Of a DNA stretch of 64,000 bases, positions 10,787 to 20,174 are shown piece by piece (position 1 is the stretch's first letter; each line of letters opens with the position of its first letter). The stretch is from positions 52,177-116,176 of the forward strand of contig JBGPFC010000009.1 of assembly GCA_041483195.1 (NCBI GenBank), read 5' to 3'. Under the pieces are notes generated by a model. The model was not told the origin of the DNA. It saw only the letters and a list, made by a program, of their open reading frames with translations, and did not search any database. Origin of the DNA: Candidatus Eiseniibacteriota bacterium. Its GTDB lineage: Bacteria > Eisenbacteria > RBG-16-71-46. Both the position numbers and the translations under genes were made by a program.

Positions 10787-11244
10787 GCCGGCCGCTCCGC
10801 CTTGCGAGGACTCTCGATCATGATCGTCACCGGTCCGTCGTTCACGAGCTCGACCTCCATGTGCGCGCGAAACACGCCGCGCGCGACCTCGACCCCCTCG
10901 CTCGTGAGCGCCTCGCAGAACCGCACGAACAGCGGCTCGGCGTGCTCGGGGCGGGCGGCCTCGACGAAGTCGGGGCGACGGCCGCGGCGCGCATCGGCAT
11001 AGAGCGTGAACTGAGGCACGACCAGCGCGCTTCCGCCGGCCTCCCGGACGTCGCGGTTCATCTGGCCCTCCGCGTCTGGGAAGATCCGCAGTCCGGCCAG
11101 CTTGCGCGCCGCCCAGTCCGCATCCGCTTCGCGGTCTGCGTGAGTCGCCCCCAGCAGGACCAGCACGCCGGATCCGATCTCGCCCGCCGCGCGTCCGTCC
11201 ACGGTGACCCGCGCCCGAGCCACCCGCTGCACCAGCGCTCTCAC
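10783..11244 (-). CDS. dtd: D-aminoacyl-tRNA deacylase
   Basis: (M)RALVQRV, LRIF, QFTL, NDGPVT. Confidence 0.95.
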   Translation of the reverse strand: MRALVQRVARARVTVDGRAAGEIGSGVLVLLGATHADREADADWAARKLAGLRIFPDAEGQMNRDVREAGGSALVVPQFTLYADARRGRRPDFVEAARPEHAEPLFVRFCEALTSEGVEVARGVFRAHMEVELVNDGPVTIMIESPRKAERPA

Positions 11245-13460
11245 GCCTCGACGCCGCTCGCGCCCGGGGAGGGCGGGCGCGATCCGCCGATGATGCGCTG
11301 CCGGCGCTCGACCCGGGACACGCCCTTCACCCGCCGGATCGCCTGCATGACTTCCTGCAACCGCGCGAGGTGGGGGACTTCGACAACGAACACGCCACGC
11401 GCGTTCTGATCCTCGCTCGCCATCCCGGCGCTGCGGATGTTGACCGAGACCGCGGCGATCGCCTTCGCGATGTCGGCCAGCAGCGAGGTGCGGTCGTGGC
11501 CATACACGACCAGCCGCACCGGAAACGTGTCGCCGATCCGCGAATCCCATTCGACAGCGACCTTGCGTTCGGGTGCGACGCGATCGCCGAAGGTATTCGG
11601 GCAGTCCAGGCGGTGGACCGAGACGCCGCGCCCGATGGTGACGATCCCGATCGCCGGGTCCCCCGGCACCGGCTGGCAGCAGCGCGCGAACGACAGCATG
11701 ACGTTGTCGATCCCCTGGATGCGCACACCGCCGGATGGCTTGCGTGCCAGCCCGAGCGCCTCGAGCGGGCCCTTCGCCAGACGCTCGGCGAATCCCTCCT
11801 TCTCCGGGACGATCTTGCGCACCACCTGGGTGAGCGACAGCTGGCCCTCCGCCAGGCGCGCGTACATCTGCTCGACGTCGGAGCAGCCCAGCGATCGCGC
11901 GATCTCTTCGAGGGTGGCGTCCTCGACCTTCTGACGTGCGCGCTTGATCTCGCGTTCCACCATCTCGCGCCCGAGGGCGACGCTGTCGGTGTGGCGCTGC
12001 TGGCGCAGCCAGTGACGCACCTTGCTGCGCGCCCCGGCGGTCTTCACGATCTGCAGCCAGTCTTCGTGGGGCCGCGCCTGCGGCGACGTGATGATCTCGA
12101 CCGTGTCGCCGTTGCGCAGCGGGTAGCGCAGCGGCACCAGTTCGCCGTTCACGCGGGCGCCTACCGTGTGCTGGCCGACCGCGGTGTGGACCAGGAACGC
12201 GAAGTCGAGCGGGGTCGAGCCCTTCGCCAGGCGCTTGAGCTCGCGGCGCGGCGTGTAGACGAACACCTCCTCCTGATAGAGCGCGGTGCGCAGGAAGTCC
12301 ATGTATTCGTCGTCGCTGGTGGTGCGCTGCCAGTCGGCGGTCTGCGCCACGAAGCCTCCGAGGCGCTCGTCGAGCTCCGCGTCGACCCGTCCCCCCTGCT
12401 TGTACACGTAGTGCGCGGCGATGCCGGTCTCGGCGATGCGATGCATGTCGCGGGTGCGGATCTGGATCTCGACCATCTCTCCGCTCTCGGTGAGAACGGT
12501 CGTGTGCAGCGACTGGTACATGTTGCTCTTCGGGGTCGCGATGTAGTCCTTGAAGCGATCCGCGACCGGCGTGAACTGGTCGTGCGCCACGCCGAGCGCC
12601 CGATAGCAGTCGTTCCGCGTGTGGGTGACGATACGCAGTCCGAACAGGTCGTAGATGGACTCGAAGTCCTTCCCGCCGCGGAGTTTGTGGAAGATCGAGT
12701 AGAAGTGCTTCGGGCGCCCCACGACTTCCGCCTTGATGCCGGCGGCCTTCAGCCCCTCCCCCAGCTTCGCGCGCACGGTTTCGAGGAACGCGTCGCGCTC
12801 CTCGCGGTTCGCCGCGACCCGCTCCGCGATCTCCCGGTACGCGTCCGGCTCGAGCATCTTCAGGCTGAGGTCTTCGAGCTCGCGCTTGATGCCGGCCATG
12901 CCCAGACGGTGCGCGAGCGGGGCGTAGATGTCGAGCGTCTCGGCCGCGATCCGGCGCGTCTTGTCCTTTCGCAGGTATTCGAGCGTTCGCATGTTGTGAA
13001 GCCGATCGGCGAGCTTGATGAAGATCACACGCAGATCGCGCGACATCGAGAGCAGCATCTTCCGGAAGTTCTCGGCCTGCTCCGCCTCGCGGCTGTCGAA
13101 GTGAAGCCCGGAGAGCTTGGTGACGCCCTCCACCAGCCGCGCGACCTCGTGCCCGAAGCGCTTCTCGACGTCCTCGATCGTGATCGACGTGTCCTCGACC
13201 ACGTCGTGCAGGATCGCCCCGAGGGCGAGCGACGTGTCCATCCGGCTCTCGAACAGGTCGAGCAGGATCAGGCACACCTCGACGAGGTGCGTGACGTAGG
13301 GCTGGCCGGACTCGCGGCGTTGATCCGCGTGCGCGCGGTCCACGAAATCGAAGCAGGCCGCCACCCGGTCGCGATCGACCTTGGGCGCGCGCTCATCGAG
13401 CGCGGCGACCAGCGCGGCTCGCAGCTCGGGATGGCCGCCGGCCGTGGGTGCTTCGCTCAC
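11241..13460 (-). CDS. relA: Bifunctional (p)ppGpp synthetase/hydrolase (long RSH)
   Basis: Intact HD (LHDVVED), RFKDYI, YQSLHT, TGS, CCxP and ACT domains. Confidence 0.96.
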   Translation of the reverse strand: MSEAPTAGGHPELRAALVAALDERAPKVDRDRVAACFDFVDRAHADQRRESGQPYVTHLVEVCLILLDLFESRMDTSLALGAILHDVVEDTSITIEDVEKRFGHEVARLVEGVTKLSGLHFDSREAEQAENFRKMLLSMSRDLRVIFIKLADRLHNMRTLEYLRKDKTRRIAAETLDIYAPLAHRLGMAGIKRELEDLSLKMLEPDAYREIAERVAANREERDAFLETVRAKLGEGLKAAGIKAEVVGRPKHFYSIFHKLRGGKDFESIYDLFGLRIVTHTRNDCYRALGVAHDQFTPVADRFKDYIATPKSNMYQSLHTTVLTESGEMVEIQIRTRDMHRIAETGIAAHYVYKQGGRVDAELDERLGGFVAQTADWQRTTSDDEYMDFLRTALYQEEVFVYTPRRELKRLAKGSTPLDFAFLVHTAVGQHTVGARVNGELVPLRYPLRNGDTVEIITSPQARPHEDWLQIVKTAGARSKVRHWLRQQRHTDSVALGREMVEREIKRARQKVEDATLEEIARSLGCSDVEQMYARLAEGQLSLTQVVRKIVPEKEGFAERLAKGPLEALGLARKPSGGVRIQGIDNVMLSFARCCQPVPGDPAIGIVTIGRGVSVHRLDCPNTFGDRVAPERKVAVEWDSRIGDTFPVRLVVYGHDRTSLLADIAKAIAAVSVNIRSAGMASEDQNARGVFVVEVPHLARLQEVMQAIRRVKGVSRVERRQRIIGGSRPPSPGASGVEA

Positions 13461-15169
13461 GCCACCCGCACTCCCTTCACCTTGAGCTGAACCCGGGTCT
13501 CGCCCTGCCATTCGTTGCGGCTGGGGACGAAGAGCAGATCGCAGCGTCGCGCCCGCGCGATCTCGGGCGCGCGCTCGCCGAGGCCGAAGCCGATCGCGTC
13601 GGCACGGGCGGTGCCGTCGTGCAGCGACATCTTCAGGTGCTTGCCGCCGCCCACCGCGGTCGCCGCGTCCACCACCAGATCCGTCGCGCGAAACAGCGGT
13701 TCGGCGTTGTCGAGCCCGTGCGGGGAAAGGCGCTCCAGCCAGTCCAGCAGATCCAGGTCGCAATCGGCGAGCCGCAGATCGGAATCGAGGTGGATCCGCG
13801 GTACGAAATGCTCCGCCGTCAGCTGCTCGCGCACCAGCGACTCGATGCGCGTGCGCAGTTCGGGGAGGCGCTCGCGCCGCACCGAGAGCCCCGCCGCGAA
13901 GGCGTGCCCGCCATACGTCTCGAGCACGTCGGAGCACTGGGCCAGCAGGCGATTGAGGTCCAGGCCCGGGAGGCTGCGGCCGGAGCCCCGCCCGAGATCT
14001 CCGTCGAGGGCCACCAGCACGGTGGGGCGCTGGAAGCGCTCGACCAGGCGCGAGGCGACGATGCCGATCACCCCCGGATGCCATTGGTCCGACCAAAGAA
14101 GTATGGACGCGCAGTTCGGCCAGTCGAGCTCGCTCTCGACGCGTCCGGCCGCTTCGACCAGCGCCTCTTCGTCGAATCGTCTTCGCCGGTTGTTGTCCTC
14201 TTCCAGGCTCTCCGCGCAGGCGCGGGCCTCTGACGCGTCGCGCGCGAGCAGCAGGCGCAGCCCCTGTTCGGCATTCCCCATGCGCCCCGCCGCGTTGATC
14301 CGGGGCGCGAGCACGAACGCCACCTGCCCGCTGCTGATGCGGCGGCCGGCCAGCCCCGCCATGTCGATCAGCGCCTTGAGGCCGAGCCGGCCGCCACGAT
14401 TCAGCCGCTCCAACCCGTGGCGCGCGAGCACGCGGTTCTCCCCCACCAGCGGAACGACGTCGGCGATGGTGCCGAGCGCGACGACGTCCAGGAATTCGCT
14501 GGCGCGTTCGAGTCCGCCCCGCCCGCGCAGCAGGCCCTGCGCGAGCTTGAACGTGACCCCCACCCCGGCGAGCGACTTGAAAGGGTAGGCGCATCCGGCG
14601 CGGTGCGGGTTCACGACCGCGACCGCGCGCGGCAGATTCGCGGGGGGATCGTGGTGGTCGGTGATGACGGTGTCGATGCCGGCCGCGCGGGCGTGCTCGA
14701 CCGGCTCGACCGCCGTGATGCCGCAATCGACGGTGACGACCAGCGTGCAGCCGCGGCGGCGCGCCTGATCGATCGCGGACACCGAGAGCCCGTAACCGTC
14801 GCGCGTCCGGTGTGGGATGTGATAGTCGACCCGCCCCCCGAGATGCTCCAGCACCGCGTACAACAGGTAGGTCGATGTGACCCCGTCCACATCGTAGTCG
14901 CCGTGCACCAGGATGCGCTCCTTGCGCTCGATGGCCAGCAGGATGCGCTCGACCGCGCGGTCGAGATCGAGCAGCAGGAACGGATCGTGGAGATCGTCGA
15001 GCGTCGGCTCGAGGAAGCCACGCGCGGCCTCGAGCGTGCCGACCCCGCGGTGCACCAGCGCGTGCGCGATCGCGAGCGGGGCCCCGAGGTCGTGCGCGAG
15101 GGCCAGCGCCCGCTCGGCGTCGTGGCGCGGATGGAGCGTCCATTCGGGTGTCAGCGGAGGCGCGAGCAC
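13457..15169 (-). CDS. recJ: ssDNA-specific exonuclease RecJ
   Basis: GDYDVDG, TVDCG, TDHH, PRINAAGR, GGHAFAAG; start set downstream of the promoter at 15225-15254. Confidence 0.96.
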   Translation of the reverse strand: MLAPPLTPEWTLHPRHDAERALALAHDLGAPLAIAHALVHRGVGTLEAARGFLEPTLDDLHDPFLLLDLDRAVERILLAIERKERILVHGDYDVDGVTSTYLLYAVLEHLGGRVDYHIPHRTRDGYGLSVSAIDQARRRGCTLVVTVDCGITAVEPVEHARAAGIDTVITDHHDPPANLPRAVAVVNPHRAGCAYPFKSLAGVGVTFKLAQGLLRGRGGLERASEFLDVVALGTIADVVPLVGENRVLARHGLERLNRGGRLGLKALIDMAGLAGRRISSGQVAFVLAPRINAAGRMGNAEQGLRLLLARDASEARACAESLEEDNNRRRRFDEEALVEAAGRVESELDWPNCASILLWSDQWHPGVIGIVASRLVERFQRPTVLVALDGDLGRGSGRSLPGLDLNRLLAQCSDVLETYGGHAFAAGLSVRRERLPELRTRIESLVREQLTAEHFVPRIHLDSDLRLADCDLDLLDWLERLSPHGLDNAEPLFRATDLVVDAATAVGGGKHLKMSLHDGTARADAIGFGLGERAPEIARARRCDLLFVPSRNEWQGETRVQLKVKGVRVA

Positions 15170-15224
15170 GATCGATCGTCGACCCTGGGTGTGGGAGGCG
15201 CGGGAGGGACGGAACCTGAGGGCC

Positions 15225-15254
15225 ACGCTAGCAGCGCGCTCGAAACACGGTCAA
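15225..15254 (-). promoter_or_regulatory. sigma70-type promoter of recJ-relA-dtd-maf
   Basis: TTGACC-18 nt-TAGCGT with TG extension. Confidence 0.6.
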
Positions 15255-15301
15255 GCGCAGCGCCTCCGATCGATCCGAGACGGGGGCCACGCGTGCGGCC
15301 G

Positions 15302-15340
15302 AAAACGGCGACGCCCGGCAGAATCGCCGGGCGCGCGCCG
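15302..15340 (-). terminator. Intrinsic terminator after rnpB
   Basis: GC-rich hairpin GCCCGGC/GCCGGGC extended by CGGCG/CGCCG, followed by TTTT. Confidence 0.6.
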
Positions 15341-15349
15341 CAGTCATCC

Positions 15350-15737
<388 letters not shown>

Positions 15738-15752
<15 letters not shown>

Positions 15753-16175
15753 GGAACCCAGGACCCGATCGAGGGTCTCATTCACCAGCTGGTCCGCGCG
15801 AGCATTCTCCTCGCGACGCACCGCGCGGTACGTTACCTTGGTGAGCTTCATGGCCGCGGCCGCGGCGGTGGCGTGGAGCGGCTTGAGTCCCGCGTGCTTC
15901 ACCCGGTACTCCCCGGTCATCTGCCGCACCACGAGTTCGCTGTCCATCAGCACGCGCACGACGCTCGCGCCGTGGCGCGCCGCTGCGTCGAGCCCATTAA
16001 TCAACGCGCGGTATTCGGCGACGTTATTCGTGACGTCGCCCAGGAACTCGCCGCGCGCCTCGTGTTCCTCCCCGCGCGGATCGAGCAGTACCCAGGCGCA
16101 CGCGCCGGGGCCCGGATTGCCGCGCGCGCCGCCATCGCAACGGAGCAGCCAGATGTTCGTGCGCGGCTCGGCCAT
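15738..16175 (-). CDS. rnhA: Ribonuclease HI family protein (archaeal/actinobacterial type)
   Basis: DGGARGNPGP, TNNVAEY, DSELVVRQ, RREENARADQLVN. Confidence 0.93.
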
Positions 16176-16181
16176 GGGCGC

Positions 16182-16210
16182 AGCTTAGAGCATGCGCACG
16201 GCGTGCTCAA
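16182..16210 (-). promoter_or_regulatory. sigma70-type promoter, leaderless rnhA(-rnpB)
   Basis: TTGAGC-17 nt-TAAGCT, 6 nt before ATG; no SD. Confidence 0.55.
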
Positions 16211-17631
16211 ACGCCACGCGTCGTCGCGCCTCGGGCCGGCTCGAGCCATCCCGCTCGATCGAGCGCTCGCCACGCGTCCGCTTCGCCACGGCGTATCAAC
16301 TCGCGCGCGTGTGCGGGATCGAAGTCGAGCACCCCGCCCGGGAGGACCCGCTCGGGCTCGACCACGCACATCCGCGCCGGATCGCCGGCGCGACTCCATT
16401 CCGAGGGGAGCGAGCGCAACTCGGCCTGCATGTCACGCCAGTTCGCGATCTCGAGCAGCCGACCGCCGAGCTCGAACAGGTCGACCGGGGATGGAGACGC
16501 CGCCGGAGTTCCGCTCGGGGAGAGCAGCACGACGATCATCGCGTCGGCGCCGTCGGCGATCGCGACCTGGAGCGGCTGATTCGAGAACCCGCCCGGATCG
16601 ACGAAGTCGCGGCCCGCGATCCTCACCGGCTCGAAAAGTCCGGGAATCGCGGAGGATGCCACCGTCGCGCGCAGCACGTCCTCGGCGGTGTGCATCACCG
16701 CGACCTCTCCCAGCGCGCGGGCGACGAGTTCGCGAAATTCCGGCGCCGGCCCGGGCCAGCTCACGAAGTGGGTGGTGCGACCCGAGTCGACGGCCAGCGC
16801 CGAGATCACGAGCCGCACCGGGCCGTCGATGAGGCGCGAAGCGTCGCCGCGCGCGACCAGGTCGTCGAGCAGTCGCCGCCGCCCGGCGCTGCCCCAGAGC
16901 CCGCGCCCGCCGGTTTCCGGCATCAGCCGCTTGAAGAACATCCGCAGGCTCCTTCCGCCGCGCCCGGGGCGGTTCACCAGCCACACGACGATCCCGAACA
17001 GCAACACCGTGGCGCCGAAGCGATGGGGCCACGGAACCCCCGCGATCAGCACCGCGAGATGGACGGCCGCCCCGGCTGCGAGCGCCACCCCCAGGCGGCG
17101 ATGCCAGCGATGAGGATCGCCGGGCGGCGTGATGCGCGCGAGCAGCGCTTCCGCGCGGCGCGAGAGCAGCATGAGTCCGAGCCCGAACACGGCGACCGCC
17201 GCCCAGGCGGTCGCGTCGAGCAGGAGCGACGTCAGGTCGGAGTGCCGGCTCGCGGCGCGCTCGAACGCGCGCAGGCCCGTGATCTGGTACGAACCGGCGA
17301 ACGTGAGCACCACCTCGACCAGCGCGAGCACGAGCGCAGCGCCACCGAGCGCCCGCATCGCGAGCGTCGCCCAGCGCATGCCGAGGCTCGAAGGCCGCAA
17401 CCGCAGCCACACGTCCTCCAGCGCAGCGGTGCGCAGGCCGTGCGCGACCCAGATCACGGCGTTGATCGCACCACTCGATACGCCGGCGACCAGCGCGGGC
17501 TTGAGCGCGAGCCGCTCCAGCACCTGGAGCACGCCGACCTCGTAGGCGCCGAGCGTGCCGCCTCCCGAGAGCAGGACGGCGACGCGTCGAAATCCGAGGT
17601 CGCCGCGGAGTACGCGCGCCGCGTGGCTCAC
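16207..17631 (-). CDS. Patatin-like phospholipase with internal transmembrane insertion
   Basis: SGGGTLG, GVSSGA, ASSAIPGLF, FVDPGG; about 4 hydrophobic helices between the Ser and Asp motifs. Confidence 0.85.
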   Translation of the reverse strand: MSHAARVLRGDLGFRRVAVLLSGGGTLGAYEVGVLQVLERLALKPALVAGVSSGAINAVIWVAHGLRTAALEDVWLRLRPSSLGMRWATLAMRALGGAALVLALVEVVLTFAGSYQITGLRAFERAASRHSDLTSLLLDATAWAAVAVFGLGLMLLSRRAEALLARITPPGDPHRWHRRLGVALAAGAAVHLAVLIAGVPWPHRFGATVLLFGIVVWLVNRPGRGGRSLRMFFKRLMPETGGRGLWGSAGRRRLLDDLVARGDASRLIDGPVRLVISALAVDSGRTTHFVSWPGPAPEFRELVARALGEVAVMHTAEDVLRATVASSAIPGLFEPVRIAGRDFVDPGGFSNQPLQVAIADGADAMIVVLLSPSGTPAASPSPVDLFELGGRLLEIANWRDMQAELRSLPSEWSRAGDPARMCVVEPERVLPGGVLDFDPAHARELIRRGEADAWRALDRAGWLEPARGATTRGV

Positions 17632-17641
17632 ATCGGCGGAC

Positions 17642-18355
17642 TCAGGGAGCGTCGGGCGGCCACAGCATGAGGCGGCCGCATCCGTCGCAGAGCAGCAGCC
17701 GGTCGCGGCGCTTGGCTTCCTGCACGACCTGCGGCGGCTGGCCCCTGTAACATCCTCCGCACGAGCCCTTCATGATCGCGACTACGGCGCGACCCTCGCG
17801 CGATGCCCGGATCCGCTCGTAACGACTGCGCGTCGCGGCCGGCAGATGCTCGAGGTGGCCGGCGCGCTGCGCATCGAGACCGGCCGCGCGCTCGCGATCG
17901 ATCGCTTCCTCGCGATCGATGGCCGCGGCCCGCTCCGCGAGCTCGCGTTCGGCGCCCCGCACGGCCTGTTCGATGGCGGGCCGCTCGCCCGCGAGGCGTT
18001 CCTCGTCTTCCAGCGCCACCAGCACGGAGGTCTCGATGTCGGAGCGCTTCTTCCGAACCCCTCCGATCTCGTGGAGCAGCGCCTGGTATTCCTCGTTCTT
18101 CTTGACCAGCGGGAGCTGGCCCTGGAACTTGCGTTCCTCCGCCGTGAGCGCCTCGATCTGGCGCTCGAACTCCCGGCGCCTGACCTGGAGCGCCGCGACC
18201 TGCGACTTGTGCTGCTCGAGCCGGACGCGTTCCGCGGCGAGGCGATGTTCGAGTGCCGTGCGCTGCTCGGGAAACCGCTTGAGCTCCGCGCTCACGACGG
18301 CCAGCTGCTCGTCGAGGTCCTTCAGCGCCCAGAGGTGGTCGAGTTCGTCGCTCAT
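17642..18355 (-). CDS. Coiled-coil protein with C4-type zinc ribbon (DUF164/CT398-like)
   Basis: KKNEEYQALLHEI coiled coil; C-terminal CGGC...CDGCGR. Confidence 0.9.
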   Translation of the reverse strand: MSDELDHLWALKDLDEQLAVVSAELKRFPEQRTALEHRLAAERVRLEQHKSQVAALQVRRREFERQIEALTAEERKFQGQLPLVKKNEEYQALLHEIGGVRKKRSDIETSVLVALEDEERLAGERPAIEQAVRGAERELAERAAAIDREEAIDRERAAGLDAQRAGHLEHLPAATRSRYERIRASREGRAVVAIMKGSCGGCYRGQPPQVVQEAKRRDRLLLCDGCGRLMLWPPDAP

Positions 18356-18504
18356 CGCGGGCGTTCCGGCCACGCAAACGGGGATGTCGCGAACGACATC
18401 CCCGGTCGATGGCGCGTGACCGTCGTGGCGCGTCGCGCCGGACGCGGCGTGCGCGCGGGCGCCGCGTGTCGCGGTCGACCCTGCACGGTACGCATCCCAT
18501 TCAT
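18352..18504 (-). CDS. Possible 50-aa Arg/Pro-rich small protein or leader peptide
   Basis: AGGAG SD 6 nt before ATG; stop overlaps next start (ATGA); no recognisable homology. Confidence 0.3.
   Translation of the reverse strand: MNGMRTVQGRPRHAAPARTPRPARRATTVTRHRPGMSFATSPFAWPERPR
18376..18404 (-). terminator. Terminator-like hairpin downstream of tRNA-Ile/tRNA-Val
   Basis: Perfect 11-bp stem CGGGGATGTCG-TTCG-CGACATCCCCG followed by only TTT. Confidence 0.45.
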
Positions 18505-18552
18505 CCTCGGCTCCTCGTGTATCGCGGCGCGGCCCGCACGCCGCGCGAAAGA

Positions 18553-18628
18553 TGGTGGGCGGAACAGGGCTCGAACCTGTGACCCCCTGGTTGTGATCCA
18601 GGTGCTCTACCAGCTGAGCTATCCGCCC
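18553..18628 (-). tRNA. tRNA-Val(CAC)
   Basis: Cloverleaf GGGCGGA.../TCCGCCC-A-CCA; anticodon arm CCTGG-ATCACAA-CCAGG. Confidence 0.93.
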
Positions 18629-18675
18629 GGGTCGACCCCGGCCGCGCGCGGCGCGAAGGCCAGGTCGCGAGATCA

Positions 18676-18749
18676 TGGGCCCACCTGGATTCGAACCAGG
18701 GTCTTGCCGGTTATGAGCCGGCCGCTCTGGACCGCTGAGCTATGGGCCC
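18676..18749 (-). tRNA. tRNA with CAT anticodon, probably tRNA-Ile2 (lysidine); CCA not encoded
   Basis: GGGCCCA acceptor stem, GCCGG-CTCATAA-CCGGC; position downstream of dnaG-rpoD is typical for Ile2. Confidence 0.88.
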
Positions 18750-18790
18750 AGCGTGGGGCGCGCATGAATCCCGACGCCAAAAGCCGCGTG

Positions 18791-18819
18791 TTTCTAGCAT
18801 CGGCCGCGGGGGGTGTCAA
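18791..18819 (-). promoter_or_regulatory. sigma70-type promoter of the tRNA pair
   Basis: TTGACA-17 nt-TAGAAA with TG extension. Confidence 0.6.
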
Positions 18820-18863
18820 GGAAGGCGCCGCTCGGCGCCCGCGCCGCGCCGGCGCCCCGCGGA

Positions 18864-20162
18864 TCAGAACAGCGGATGGATGTAATCGTCGTCGACGACC
18901 GCCGCCGCGACGCCCTGCGCCAGCTCGAGCGCGAGCCCCGCCGCCGCGGCGGTCACGAGCGCCATGGCGAACGCGCGCTGGCGCGGCGCTCGAACCGGCG
19001 CCGCGAGCCATGTCACCGCTTCGCTCGCGACCAGGCCGAACAACAGCAGGCACGCGGGGGTGACCAGAATCACGTAGCGCAACAGCTTCGAATAACCCAC
19101 GAAGCCGAGCCCGATCTGGATCGCGACGATGCCGAGAATCCACCCCAGCAGCGCCGCCCCGACGCGTCGCGAGCGCGCCGGCAGCGGGAGCAGCGCGAGC
19201 CCCGCGATCGATGGGATCAGCGTCCACACCGCACGCGGCAACAGCGAGAGATAGATCCACGGCGGACGCTCGATGGTCACCATGTGGACGAACGCGTTGA
19301 CCGCGATGAGCTGCGGGGCGGGCTTGCCCGCCCACGCCGGGAACGGGCTCCCGGTCTCCCGCCACTGCCAGATCTCCCACGGGAGCTGGACCACGACCGC
19401 CGCCCCCAGGAAGACCGCGGCGAGCTTCCAGTCGAATCCCCGCGCCGTCCCGTCGCCGGCGGCCCACGCGAGCAGCAGGATTCCCGGCACCGCGAAGAAT
19501 GCGTTCAACTTGATCAGGCTCGCGTAGCCGAGCGCGACGCCCGCGAGCGCGGCGAGCGCGAGACTGCGGCGGGTGCGGGCCGCGAGGAACAAGCTGCACG
19601 CGAGCGTCGCGACCGCGAGCATCGGGCCGTCGAGCCAGTAGCGCAGGTTGACGTGCACCGCGATCGGGGTGAGCGCCGCGAGCGCCGCGACCAGCACCGC
19701 GCGCAGGCCGCGGAACGGGTCCAGCACCTGCTGCCCGATACGCATCACGCACGCGAAGAACATCGCGAAACTCAGGAGCTGCGCGAGCGGATACCCCCCT
19801 TCCCGCAGCAGCCGGTGAAGGAGCCAGAACAGCGCGACCCCCCCGGGCGGGTGAAAGAACAGCGGGCCGGCGTACTGCTCCGGCGCGTAGTGGAGGCCGA
19901 CCAGCGGCGTCCCGCGGAGCGTGTAGCCGTGGCCGGTTTCGAGCTGGCGCACCAGCACGCGGTACACCAGCTCGTCGCCCTCGCGATGCTCGCCGCCGAG
20001 AACCGGGAGCCGGCAGAGCAGTCCGGCGGCGAAGCAGGCCACGATCATGGCGACCGGCAGCCCGCGGCCGGCGCCGGTGCGGGCCGGGCGCGCCGCGTCC
20101 CGAGCACCCGCGCGGCCGCGCGCGTCGCCGCGCCGTCGCGTCCCGCGCTCCGGCCCGCGCAC
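18864..20162 (-). CDS. ArnT/PMT-like (GT-C, GT39/GT83) membrane glycosyltransferase
   Basis: GDELVY first-loop motif, FHPPG, WLDGP, LIK, RY; many TM helices; start uncertain (alternative ATG at 20048). Confidence 0.75.
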   Translation of the reverse strand: MRGPERGTRRRGDARGRAGARDAARPARTGAGRGLPVAMIVACFAAGLLCRLPVLGGEHREGDELVYRVLVRQLETGHGYTLRGTPLVGLHYAPEQYAGPLFFHPPGGVALFWLLHRLLREGGYPLAQLLSFAMFFACVMRIGQQVLDPFRGLRAVLVAALAALTPIAVHVNLRYWLDGPMLAVATLACSLFLAARTRRSLALAALAGVALGYASLIKLNAFFAVPGILLLAWAAGDGTARGFDWKLAAVFLGAAVVVQLPWEIWQWRETGSPFPAWAGKPAPQLIAVNAFVHMVTIERPPWIYLSLLPRAVWTLIPSIAGLALLPLPARSRRVGAALLGWILGIVAIQIGLGFVGYSKLLRYVILVTPACLLLFGLVASEAVTWLAAPVRAPRQRAFAMALVTAAAAGLALELAQGVAAAVVDDDYIHPLF

Positions 20163-20174
20163 GTGCCCGTTCTC

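Noticed and set aside
16207..17631. Patatin as CBASS/CapV-type defence effector
   Set aside because: No CD-NTase or other defence gene nearby; housekeeping context.
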